A stretch of 63,851 nt of DNA from positions 1 to 63,851 of the forward strand of contig NMRA01001010.1 in the NCBI GenBank assembly GCA_002633005.1, read 5' to 3'. Of the stretch, positions 27,801-38,647 are shown in pieces (within the stretch, counting starts at the first letter, position 1; each line of letters opens with the position of its first letter). A model generated the notes under the pieces. It was not told the DNA's origin. It made no database searches and saw only the letters and a program-made list of their open reading frames with translations. The position numbers and the translations under genes were made by a program. Source of the DNA: Phoronis australis. Its lineage: Eukaryota; Animalia; Phoronida.

Positions 27801-30800
27801 TGATAAGACACCCTCAATTCGGACTTTGTAAGTTCGATTTTCCAGATATGATTTTAAAAGTAAGAGGAGAGTGCCTGAGAAACCGTAAGATTGTAATTTA
27901 TGTAGAAGCAGGTCCTGGGGAACGACATCAAAAGCTGACGCAACGTCTAAAAATACGGATCTCACATTGTACCCTTGCTCAAACTGGAGGTAAATGTCGT
28001 GTAAAATTTCTGTAAGTTTGGGCACAGTGCTGTTACCAGGCATGAATCCAAATTGGCGACGATATACGAGGCTTTGTGAAGAGAGGGGGTCAAACATGTG
28101 TTGAGAAATGACTTTTTCTAAAATTTTGGATAAGGTGTTAAGTAGAGTTATGAGGCGATAGTTGGCAATGTCTGTTTTGGGGTTCTTTTTGTGTATTGGT
28201 ATCATAACGCCAAGCTTCCAGTTCAAAGGAAATTTTCCAGATTGTAGTATTCTGTTGTATAATGTTGTCAGAGGAAGTGTAATCTCTTTTACTATTATAT
28301 TGATAATTTTATTGGTTACGAGATTGGTACCGTCGTTTTTGTTTTCGTCAATGTTTTCTTAGACTAGTAGTTTTCTGACTTCAGATGGTTGGGCTTGTAT
28401 GTCAGAGAGGTGTTCTGATGTTCTGTTTGGGAATTCGGAAAAGTTTATTGTTGGTGCAATGTGACTCTTGGCGGTGAAGTAGTCTAGAAATAACTTACTT
28501 TTATCAGCTTTGGATGACACAGTACCTGGGAGTTGGATTCCTTTGAGTGGATAGTGGGGTATGATGATTGCTTTTACCTGTCCTCAAATTTTGTTTACTT
28601 TTATCTCCCAATATTCCTTAGAATTTTTTGAGACATTTTAGCAATTGGAGATAACTTTCATCTTATAGCCTTGCTTTGTCTTTTTAATTAGTACTTCCAC
28701 ATCATTGCACTGTTCTTTGTAGCACTTAAACGTGCACGGGTTATTTGGTCTTCTGAACGATCTGTACAGTTTATTTCTTTTATTTATTACATACTTAATG
28801 TTATTGTTAAACCACGATTTGTTCTTGTTTTTTATTGTATTCATGATTGACGGGATATCATTATCTAGTATGGTGTAGAGTGAATATTAAGACTGCGTCA
28901 TTTATGTCACTTTTGTTAAGTATTTCAATCCAGTTAAATGTGGTTATGTCAAAGCGCAGTTTGTCCATGTTAATGAGGTTGAAATTCCAGATCTTTTTCA
29001 TAATGTCTAGTTCTTTAGGTGCGCAGTTGAGTGTGAATGTTGCTTCTATAACGTGGTGGTCTGAGCTACCAATGGGAGGCCTTACAGAAGTGCATTCAAT
29101 TAATCCGAGATTGTTTGTAATACATAAATCAAGGAAAGAATGTGAATACCCTGTTAAACGTGTCTGCTCGTTTAGTAGTTGTATACAGTCATTTGTGAGG
29201 AGAATATCGAATAATTCGAGACCGGCTTGGTTGTCATTGTCTTCTGAGTGCCAAGTACTATTTCTTGCGTTGAAATCCCCATTGATAACAATTGTCTTAT
29301 TAGTTTGTGAGAGTTCTTGCAATTGTTCTGAAAAGGTTTTGAAATATGCTTTCCTTTCATGGGACGTCTGTGAGGGTAAGCGACAGAAAAAACTTTAATA
29401 TACCTTTTTGTGGTTGACATAAAGTTCAAACCAACAGTTATTCATTGATTGTATAATTTTATCCTCAATTGTTTTGTAATTTACGGAGTTGTGGACAACC
29501 CCCTCCCGGCGTTAGTGTGGTAGGCAATGTTGTATTCTGGAATTACAGTAAGTGCACTGAGGTTGTCTTCGGACATTGTTCCGGATTCACATTTGGCAAT
29601 GAACATGTAGTTGTTGTCTGTAATAAATTGCTTGAGAAGTTCAAATCTTGAAAGATTGTGAGTGTTCATATCTGAAAATGGCAAAGAATTAATTTGGTGC
29701 TTACGTACATTTTATGGAAAAGTGAGGAAAAATTTCCCTTGTCCACCGAACTTTGTCCTTAAAGTGGTAAGATGGTCCCTCTTTTGTAGCTTTGTTATTT
29801 GCAGTGCACTAAGTGGGCGCATGCCAAGGGTTTGCATTGCTCTGTGTTTGGTATCATTCTTGTATTGAGTGTTTCATCCATTTCAGCTGTTCCAAAAATA
29901 TGATGGTCAGACCTTTAGTGAGGTATCCTTCATCAGTGAGCTGGAGCACTCAGTGTTCCTGGCAGACCATGTGTTGGCTATGGTGAAGGCAATTGCACAA
30001 CAGGACCGACAATCTCTAAAACCATGGCTGAATAGCACTGTGTGGCGTCAGAAATGGAATGCAGTGCAAGATAAAACAAGAACCGTGTGTGACGACACTG
30101 TGCAGTAAGTAGTTTGCAATGGCTGGTAAAGAAATTAGGGTGTTCTTGAATAAACGAACGAAGAAGAACAATTAAATCTGGTTCTGTTGTCTTAAAATTG
30201 TGACACAGACTGTTCCAGGTTTTAAACTTTATCTATTATGCTGTTGATTCAACATCAATTGAAATTTTTGAACTCAACCCACACTGATTTAAATGCCATC
30301 TCAGTGTCATATTTTGAAAACATTATTATTAATGTAATTTATCTAAAAGAGAGCACTTGTGATCATTTTTTCCAGAAATTCCAAAGGTGCTCTTTTGCAA
30401 ACCTTTGTAATAAAATATCAGTACTTTTGGTATGTTTTAAGGTGTATCGGGAAAAGCGTACATTCTGTGTATTCTTGAAATTGGTAATAATTGTGTGCTG
30501 GGTGGTTTCTAACATTATGTTGACTCGTAGTTAGTCACCATTGTTACAGCGTCATTACAACAGGTTTACAGCTAGAGGACTGTCAAAATGTTTTTTTAAG
30601 TTAATCACTTGTCAACAGAAGTCTTGTGGTACTTCTGTTGTAGTACCCAAGCTGTCGACAAAGTGATATCTTCCTATTAAAAGCATGTGGTTCAATGAGG
30701 GTGCTGTGGGCAGCAATTGAGGCTTCCGAAAGCACCACACTACTTTTTTTCCAAAAGACACAGTCTCTTCGTCAGAACAAACGTTTCCGAAAGAGCACAC

Positions 30801-33800
30801 AAGGGGAAATCCCCGGCATGAACTTTGTCTTGTGCTAGCAGTTGGAATGTAAACAATCCCACGCACTGTGCAAGTCTCGTTTCAGAAAGAAATCAATATT
30901 CATGAGGTCTTAAGAAAGACCAATTGCACATTTGATGGACCCAGTGATTGTCAAGGAATAGCTTTTTGTCTACTCTAGATAAATCCTTCTTGCAGTTCTC
31001 ATTCATGATAGGCCTGTTCTGGATTTAACTCTCCTCTTCCACGGAGGTTGAAAAAATGCATTACATGGCTTAGTTAAAAATGGAAGAACGTTAAATTGTG
31101 CATCCAAATTTAGTATTTTCGTTTTTGCATATTTGTTGCTTTCAGCATTGCAACAATTACTGTAAATAGAATAATAAAAGTTGTTTGGATGACAATGATG
31201 AATTGCAGTAATTAAGATATTAAATAGCGACTAGTACAGGTAAAGAAGCAAGACCAGTGTGTGACTCATAGTAGGAGCGGTGCTGTGCTATTTCAGGACA
31301 GGCCCAGTGAGGTGGAAACAGGTCCTAGAGATTCATTCTCTGAGCAACTCCTGTCGCGGTTAAAAGCCGTAATTGCTGCTAATAATTTCCAGGATTTATT
31401 GACCTTTAGAATCACTGCATGTGTCAACGATCAATGCTGGTTTTAAATTTCAGTACAAATCCTTAATGTTGTGTCTTATTTTGTCTTTCTCATACTTCAT
31501 CAAGCCAGAAATATGTGTGGTTTCATCTGTTTAATCTGGCATAAATGACATTCTAGTACTCTGGACTGCATCTATCGGTATATAAAATCAAGCTTGCCTG
31601 CGATCCGTTGGAAAATGCTGAACGGTGTGACAGTAGCACTTTCTGCTGTGGCCAGATATGTAGATGGGTTTGTCATTGATGACGTCCTCAAGCCTTTGGA
31701 TGATTTAATTCAGGGTAGGTAAATTCTTGCTGTTGTTACTTTTTAGTTTACAGATGATTGAAGCCTTGTCAATGTGGTGTGAGTTATGGCTCACTGAAGG
31801 CAAACCTGCCAGGTGAGATATAAGACCAAACTGATCCAGTTCTCGTCTTATGTAGTTTTTAGACCAAAGTGCCACAATCAAACCAATGACAGGTCATCAC
31901 AATTCCAATACATATCCCAGGACCCTATCACATATTTGCACGCAGATGAAATTGTCTCTTGTGCATTGGCATGTCTTAATTTTGGTCCTTTTTCTCTTCT
32001 TAGTATGTGTCAAGCATTTTGTGAGGAGTTGCGAAGGCTGTTTAAAGGCGAAGGCAACCTTTTTCCATGTCATTTTGAGCTAAAATAACGTTGGTTGGTT
32101 ATCCTAGACATATTTTTCACTTAATTACAGCTTTTCGTAATTTTATTAATTACTCGTCCGCTATTCCGGAAGTGACGTTTTAGGAGGCAAGCGTTTCCCG
32201 CCACTTGGTTTTGCATTGAGTTTACTGTGCGAATCTGTTCTATTCTACTTCTGTTTTGTGCTATTTTTCACCAATTGTCGCCACCACTTTCCATCGGCGA
32301 GTATTCTGCGGCAAGATAGGTTAGTAGAGAACTCAACTACGTTGGATTTAGGGATTGTTTAGTGTGTTGTAAGCTGAAAATGGCTGGATTCGGTGACCCG
32401 TATCACAGTGACAGTAGTGTNNNNNNNNNNNNNNNNNNNNNNNNNNNNNNNNNNNNNNNNNNNNNNNNNNNNNNNNNNNNNNNNNNNNNNNNNNNNNNNN
32501 NNNNNNNNNNNNNNNNNNNNNNNNNNNNNNNNNNNNNNNNNNNNNNNNNNNNNNNNNNNNNNNNNNNNNNNNNNNNNNNNNNNNNNNNNNNNNNNNNNNN
32601 NNNNNNNNNNNNNNNNNNNNNNNNNNNNNNNNNNNNNNNNNNNNNNNNNNNNNNNNNNNNNNNNNNNNNNNNNNNNNNNNNNNNNNNNNNNNNNNNNNNN
32701 NNNNNNNNNNNNNNNNNNNNNNNNNNNNNNNNNNNNNNNNNNNNNNNNNNNNNNNNNNNNNNNNNNNNNNNNNNNNNNNNNNNNNNNNNNNNNNNNNNNN
32801 NNNNNNNNNNNNNNNNNNNNNNNNNNNNNNNNNNNNNNNNNNNNNNNNNNNNNNNNNNNNNNNNNNNNNNNNNNNNNNNNNNNNNNNNNCATCAGTTCAG
32901 CGTACAAATCCCTTTCGTAATCGGACGGCAGAAAGTGCTTGCCACACACACGGTAATTCTCCACTGCTTTGTACGTTGCGTGGACGGGTAACGCTGCGTT
33001 CTTCATACGAACGAGCCAAGTACGGCGAAGTGTGTCATCCATCGGAAAGCGATGCAAAGGTAATCCAAAAGCGCGCGTGAGCCGATATAATTAGTACATC
33101 CCGGTACGCAGCAACAGTGTGGCATGTTGACTGACAAGTAAATGAAAGCAAACGACGACGGAACTTAACACAACCGAGGTAGAACAATGACTGACTCGGC
33201 AGCTCTCACAGTCAGACTATATGAAAGCAAATTGGCGCGAAATGCTTGCCTCCTAAAACGTCACTTCCGGAATGGCGGACGAGTAATTAATAAAATTACG
33301 AAAAGCTATAATTAATTGGAAAATATGTCTAGGATAACCAACCAACCCTATTTTAGCTCAAAATTACATGGAAAAAGGTTGCCTTCGCCTTTAAGTTTGG
33401 GAGCTCTGCTTTCCCACTGATCTAAACTCCACAATACAGGGAAGTTATGGCGACAGTGGGAAAGCGACACCAGTCAAATTCTGGGATCTGTTTCATGGAA
33501 AGTGACTTACGTGGACAATTTGGTCTCATGCTTCCACGTTGCCATAGTTACTGACTAAAGGTTTAGCCATGTAATGATTAGCACGTCACAGCTTAATAGT
33601 AATTCAAATTAATATACAAATTATCTCTGTTAGAAACTTCTACCAGTAATGAGAGCGTATTCTTGGATACTTTGTATTTAAAAGTAAATTTTAATTATTA
33701 TTCAGAAATAGTTAATGTGGAACATGAGGCGAAATTTCTGACTAATTCTTGAGTCACTTTTCTTGAAACTGACCCTAGGATGGTGGTTCATCCTTACTGT

Positions 33801-34983
33801 AATCAGTCAACTATTGAGCTCACAATGTGGTGGACAAATTAATTTCTCACCAAAAATAAAGATTGTGGCAATTCTAATCTATTGTTACCTTTTCTTTGCA
33901 ATCTGTAGATGCCATTTAAACAACATTTGTAGCTATGTAATTGGCCTTTGAAAAGTGAAAAATGGGGAAATTAGCAATTGTTTGTTTTTGTGCAAAATAA
34001 GTCATGTAGTTAGGTTTAATTATTGTGTGACATAATTTTCATTGGGTACAAAAAAGTTTCATTTTGTTCATTGTCTGTTGTAGGTATGCGAGAGTGTGAG
34101 AAAGGAGGTAAGAATTGAAGATGTTTGTCTTTTTCGTATACAATCGTTTCCTTATGTTTAAAAACATAAGGAAACAATTCTATGAGAGTCTGAGTATTAA
34201 GATTAAGGGAACTCCATGGGCAAAAATTCAAACGCGATTCAAACTTCATATCGTGTTTGTATCCTAATATTCCTTTGTGCAAATTTCCAAAAAATTCTCA
34301 TCAGTTTGTATCGCGTGAGAATTTCAAAACGTTTAAATTCTGTTGATTTTTTAAGTGCTATGTACATGTGCTTAATGATGTCGCACCACACAAATACACA
34401 CGGCTGATAGCATCTCGTGCAACAGTCGCCAATTGCCGAACCCTACCAAAACATTTTAGCATTTTTAACTTAAACCTTTTAGCTGTAACGTTTTGAATGA
34501 ATGCTCCTGTGATTCCGATTATTGATTCACATTTTTACGGCACAACTATATAAAACTTTGACTGTGAAATATTGCTTTGATCATTTATCTTTCCCGTTAC
34601 AAATACCTTCTGTTTAGTACCTATTCCAATTCAGAACTGGATTTTCAAATGAAGAATTATCAAAAAATGAATTTGGTCTTCCTAGCAGCCGTGTGTCCAT
34701 CATAAGACAATTTAATGAATAAATCCTGTCTCTTGTTTTTGTTTATGTTGCTGTGCTGTAATCTACGCCTACTTGTCTCACATATTCTTCTGTTGTTCAA
34801 ATTTCTGTAGGTCTCAGTCAGGCAAGCATCATTATTATCTCAACAGTGTGTGGCGCCATAGCTCTGCTCATTCTCATCATTATAGTGATCGTTGTACTCA
34901 GGAGATTGAACAAAGTTCCCAGCCGTTTCTCAAGCAACGAGGCAGCAGAAAACCCGACCTATGACAAGTTTGAACGGTACTAG
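9538..34983 (+). CDS. Multi-exon gene (14 exons seen, 5' end missing): uncharacterised single-pass type-I membrane protein with Cys-rich domain, 3 helical repeat modules, TM helix and NPxY tail
   Basis: Exons 9538-9819, 10639-10766, 13395-13601, 15496-15704, 17131-17252, 17761-17900, 19232-19441, 21670-21896, 22779-22921, 24655-24785, 25294-25476, 29887-30104, 31557-31714, 34811-34983. All have AG/GT boundaries, every adjacent phase is compatible and there are no internal stops (2531 nt, ~840 aa). N-glycosylation sequons NVT, NGT, NMT and NST lie upstream of the TM. Confidence 0.85.
10639..10766 (+). CDS. Exon, module 1A (phase 1-0)
   Basis: ttttag|GT TAC...ACC AAG|gtatgc; [15 protein letters not shown]...KNGTK. 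Confidence 0.85.
10817..11260. mobile_element. Tc1/mariner (pogo/Tigger-like) MITE in intron
   Basis: TA|CAGTCAAGCATCATTACAAC ... GTTGTAAAGAGGTTTGACTG|TA: imperfect 20-bp TIRs with TA flanks. Confidence 0.7.
11340..12260 (+). repeat. Degenerate interspersed/tandem repeat family (motifs tggattttcatgaaatttggca, gcgtctgcctctctatc, ccccctagtgg)
   Basis: The same motifs recur here and at ~14540-15130, ~17400-17590, ~22110 and ~35150-36120. Boundaries are approximate. Confidence 0.55.
13395..13601 (+). CDS. Exon, module 1B (phase 0-0)
   Basis: ttcacag|GTT TGC...AGG ATG|gtaagc; 207 nt open. Confidence 0.88.
15496..15704 (+). CDS. Exon, module 1C (phase 0-2)
   Basis: cttcacag|ATG CTG...AAT CT|gtaagt. 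Confidence 0.88.
17131..17252 (+). CDS. Exon, module 1D (phase 2-1)
   Basis: ttgttgtag|T TAT TCC...CTA G|gtacat. Confidence 0.85.
17761..17900 (+). CDS. Exon, module 2A (phase 1-0); not in ORF track
   Basis: cattcag|AG TTC ACC...TTG CAG|gtagga; [28 protein letters not shown]...RNPLQ. Confidence 0.85.
19232..19441 (+). CDS. Exon, module 2B (phase 0-0)
   Basis: ttattccag|ATG CAC...ACG TGG|gtatgt; 210 nt. Confidence 0.88.
21670..21896 (+). CDS. Exon, module 2C (phase 0-2)
   Basis: ttatttcag|TTT GTG...ATG AG|gtgtgt. Confidence 0.85.
22779..22921 (+). CDS. Exon, module 2D (phase 2-1)
   Basis: ctttggccag|C TTG ATT...GGA G|gtgaga. Confidence 0.85.
24655..24785 (+). CDS. Exon, module 3A (phase 1-0)
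   Basis: ttgccag|GC TCT CTG...GTT AAG|gtacag. Confidence 0.85.
25294..25476 (+). CDS. Exon, module 3B (phase 0-0)
   Basis: ttattccag|TTG GGC...CAA CTG|gtaggt; 183 nt. Confidence 0.85.
26243..29700 (-). mobile_element. Non-LTR retrotransposon (CR1/L2-group LINE) ORF2, near full length and decayed, in an intron
   Basis: APE endonuclease motifs GDFNA, LDL and SDH (28861-29322); RT motifs [29 protein letters not shown] and YADD (27573-28226); C-terminal region 26500-27100. Minus-strand AATAAA and A-rich tail near 26243-26256. Multiple stops and frameshifts. Confidence 0.92.
29887..30104 (+). CDS. Exon, module 3C (phase 0-2)
   Basis: catttcag|CTG TTC...GTG CA|gtaagt. Confidence 0.88.
31557..31714 (+). 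CDS. Exon, module 3D (phase 2-1); not in ORF track
   Basis: ttctag|T ACT CTG GAC TGC...CAG G|gtaggt; [21 protein letters not shown]...DDLIQ. Confidence 0.82.
32046..33390 (-). mobile_element. Kolobok-type non-autonomous DNA transposon carrying a THAP-domain fragment, in an intron
   Basis: TTAA|AGGCGAAGGCAACC...GGTTGCCTTCGCCT|TTAA with ~150-bp inverted arms. Minus strand from ATG 33125 reads [13 protein letters not shown](frameshift)..[14 protein letters not shown]...VCGKHF, a THAP C2CH zinc finger. Confidence 0.85.
34811..34983 (+). CDS. Exon encoding transmembrane helix and cytoplasmic NPxY tail
   Basis: tttctgtag|GT CTC...; [57 protein letters not shown]. Confidence 0.88.
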
Positions 34984-35050
34984 GTTAAAGGCTGCTTCCA
35001 AACTGCTGTCTGCAGGGGTTTCTGCTTTTTGAAGACCTTTTTGTGTACAA

Positions 35051-35097
35051 ACATACATACATACATATGTACTTACATACCTACATACATACATACA
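35051..35097. repeat. (TACA)n microsatellite
   Basis: acatacatacatac... imperfect run. Confidence 0.8.
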
Positions 35098-36869
35098 AAA
35101 TTACGTACATGTACACGTATCTAAATATTATGCGCATTATGCTGTCAGGCATCCATCTGCTGCTGTATCTTCTAAGCGCTTTGATGAATGTATCGTGTAT
35201 CTGACGACACAAGTGAATTTTAGCGTACATTCAACTACTGCTCTGCCCGCCTAGTGACATTGGCAGCTATTCACAGAGTTCCTTGGTGGATTTTTATGAA
35301 ATTTGGCAAATAAGCTTCCCCATTTCTGCAGTGTTCTAATAATCTGTGATCCTAATGGAATTGCTTATAATTTCCACGTCCGCTTTTTTGGCATAAGCCT
35401 CTCTAGCCGCCAAATCTGTTGAAGGATTATTATGAATTTTCACACTTTGTTCCTATTGAGATATGCATGGCTGATGTTTATTTCCGGCCAGGTTGAATTA
35501 CTGTAGGGAACCCTGGTGACATTTATGCTTTTCTTTGCGTATGCTTCTATGTTAAGTTCTGTGATGGATTTTCATGAAATTTGCCTAATTTTGTTTCTGT
35601 TAAGAAGACCAAATAAGTTCCATTTTCATTATATATTCTATACAACATAGTGACCATTTTTATTATTTTTGCGTCTGCTTTTGGCGTCTGCCTCTCTATT
35701 TGCCAAACTACTTAAATGATAGTTATGAAATTTTATAGATGTCGGATAGGTCCAACTTTTGCGGCACCACCTACTAGTAGCGAATTTGTTTTTCGTATGC
35801 TTCAATATCTACCAATTTCCTCAGCAGATCTTCATGAATTTTTATTGGTATGTGTAACAGAATATATACACATATGCAAATATGTATACATATATACAGA
35901 AATGTTGCAGTTAACGAGACAACATTTCATGACGATTTTGGGACAAGTCGGACTACTGTTGCGTCCCCTAGAAGTAATTTAGGTCATCTTTGCTTAGACG
36001 CCTAATCTACCAAGTTACTGGATGGAAGTTCATGAAATTTGGCAAATAAATTTCGATCGAAGAGATGACAGCATTGCTTTGTTTCAGATGGATTTGACTT
36101 ATGCTGCCCCCCCCCCCGGTAACCTTTTTCTTTTATATATTACATTATTCTAACACATTCCCTGGCAGCACACTGTTTGTGGTGCAGTCTTGTGTTGTTC
36201 TTGTTTAATTTGACGATAATTTACTTTTAAACTATCACATAAATATTTAAAGTGTGGTGAAAAGAGTTTGTGCACTTTGTATGGTTCTGAGAAGTATGTT
36301 ATGAAGTCGCTAATCAATGCATGTCAAGTTAGGAGTTGATTCTGATTTGCTCATTGCTCAAGAAGTTGCTCATCCACCTACCTCGTCGTCTACAAGACCT
36401 ACGTTCGTACTCTTCATTTTTTCGCCACCCCCCATCCCGGGTGTCGGTTCCACTTTCTCTTTGCTCGTATACATTTCCTCTTAGGTTTTTTCAAGTTTTG
36501 TGTTCATGTTCTGTACTTTTCCTTTAAGCCCTTCAGGCAGTTCTTTTGTTTTGTTCCCTCTTGCAGGGATATTCATTGTACACGCCGGTGGGCGTTTTGT
36601 CCATGCACTTCTTGCAGAGTCTTAGTTAGTTTTATCTATGACAATATTCGCAATCCTCCTCTTGTTTTACTCTGCAACATAGCTCGTGGCGTACCCCGGG
36701 CAAAATAGGTTACGATAAAAGTATAATGTGTGTATAATATGTTAATGACCAGTTTTTCTCACAGTGCATTGATATAGGAATTGCACAGACACTCGTGAAT
36801 TTGGGGGGTTAGTGTCCCCCACTTAACTCACCATAGTAGCACTTCAGTTGTGCAAGAAATAGATGTTCT

Positions 36870-36875
36870 AAATAA
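36870..36875 (+). terminator. Candidate polyadenylation signal of the membrane-protein gene
   Basis: AATAAA followed by GT/T-rich sequence, ~100 nt after a strong acceptor at 36764. Confidence 0.3.
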
Positions 36876-37040
36876 ATATTAAAAACTGTGTTACGGTTTT
36901 CTAAATTATTGTTTCATTTTTGTTTTATGCAACTTTAAAATGTTTCCATAGATATCATATAAGTCCTATTTCGATAGCAAAAATGGAACATTTTAAAAAA
37001 ACAATTCTGAAAAGCATTTTGGAGAACAGTGTGTAAATAT

Positions 37041-37200
37041 AGATTATTACATGGCGAAGTCGTTATCCCCAGTTATCTAGAGCCCGAGTGGATTTTGGTG
37101 AATTATCGCCCGAGGGGCGTTAGCCCCGAGGTTGATAATTCTTCAAAATTCAAGAGGGCTCTACATAACGGGAATAACGGCTGAAAGCATGTAATAATCT
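37041..37200. mobile_element. 160-bp foldback (hairpin) MITE
   Basis: AGATTATTACATG...CATGTAATAATCT ends, with imperfect palindromy through the whole element (gttat/ataac, agagccc/gggctct, gaattatc/gataattc). Confidence 0.75.
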
Positions 37201-37980
37201 ATTTGTATCTGAAAGGTTCATGTGAATCTAGTCAGCCATTTCTGAGATACAAAAGTTGGCCAAAATTGGACATTTGTCTTAGGTCCCACATAACCTGAAG
37301 CCTTTCTATACACCCCAGTTGTCCTATATACGACTTTTTACCTCAAACAAGCATGTTGGGGCAACTGTCTACTGCCTCCAGTTAGCTGCATATGATATGC
37401 CCAGTACACAAAGTTGTTTAAAACAGAGTGCATAGACAGGGGTTTAGGCAATCTGAGGATAAGGCCAAAAAAGCATTAGTTGTTTCTGGTCTGGGGTTGT
37501 TTTGAAAATTGATATGATAGTGAAGTACGTGTTAAGTTTACCACTTTCCGAAAAATCACCCGAAGCAGGCCCGTTGCCAGGGGGGGGGGGCGTTTCGGGG
37601 GTTCGGTGGAGCCCCCCCCCCCCGCGGGAAAAGCTCCAGCCTCAGTCTGTAAGTTAAAGATAGGATATAGATCGACGACGAGAACAACAACAACAACATG
37701 GTTGCAGCTACTGGTACTACAAACTACAATGATAACTAAGTTAGTAGTAATTTTGAATTAATTGGCTGCTGATTCAAAGCATTTCACATAATCATCGGGC
37801 CTTACCCGGCTTCAACTTCGGTCAATGATGGAAGAATTCTCTTTTGAATCAGTGAATTGAGTGTTGTCAAGGGTTACAGAGCATTTTTTTGTTTCAGAGA
37901 ACTGGATGGGAAAGTCATTTTTAGTATCTGTCAATAGGCCAAAACCGGGATTCTTAAGCACAGTACTTACAATGACGATT

Positions 37981-38643
37981 CATTTTTTTTTCAAGTGATG
38001 TATATTTATTGAAGAATACACAGAACATACAAGGAAATAATAACAAACCCGGAAGTCGCAAAGCAATATATCTGGGTTGTAGACAATTGATAGATGAAAG
38101 TAATATACATGTAAGTAGTATCTAACATAAGTATTCCAATATTTACATATGTTATTACGAACATATAAAAACAAAAACATGTACAGATATATGTATGGAA
38201 ATCAAAAGCAACAATATTTAAAAGCGATACATAAAAATTTGCTAACGTTGCTTAAGAGGAATTCATTGAGAACAATGTCAAAGTTAGGATTACCATTCAA
38301 TCATAATGTAACTTTAGTAGGGATATTATTGCAAGAATTGAGAGCATTTACAATTAATTGGTTTTCATTGAGTGCACGAAAGAGTTGAGTCTCTCAGGTA
38401 TTCGATGAGGGCACATTTGAAGAAAACAAGAGGATAAGATTGATGGTCACCACACTTACAGTTTGGAGAGACATTACTAAAGTTGTGCCTAAACTTGTCG
38501 GAGTTGAGGAATAGACCGCATCTTCATCTGTACAATGTTATTTCGTTTTCGCGGGGAAGGGAGAATTGAGTCAGGGCTGTTGAGTTATCAAAGTTATGAA
38601 AAACAGTTCTAAAATTATTTTCATACTCAAAAAGTTGCATTCC
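37981..38643 (-). mobile_element. 3' fragment of a LINE related to the 26-29.7 kb element
   Basis: aatagaccgcatctt(c/g)atctgta..gttatttc is shared between ~38510 and ~26759. Minus-strand AATAAA near 38003 and an A tail near 37985. Confidence 0.7.
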
Positions 38644-38647
38644 TTAA

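Noticed and set aside
9538-34983. Calling the gene APP, LRP/LDLR or ABCA
   Set aside because: Only the short tail motif or Cys spacing is reminiscent. Diagnostic domains (E1/E2, LDLa/YWTD, multi-pass TM and NBD) are not seen, so no symbol is assigned.
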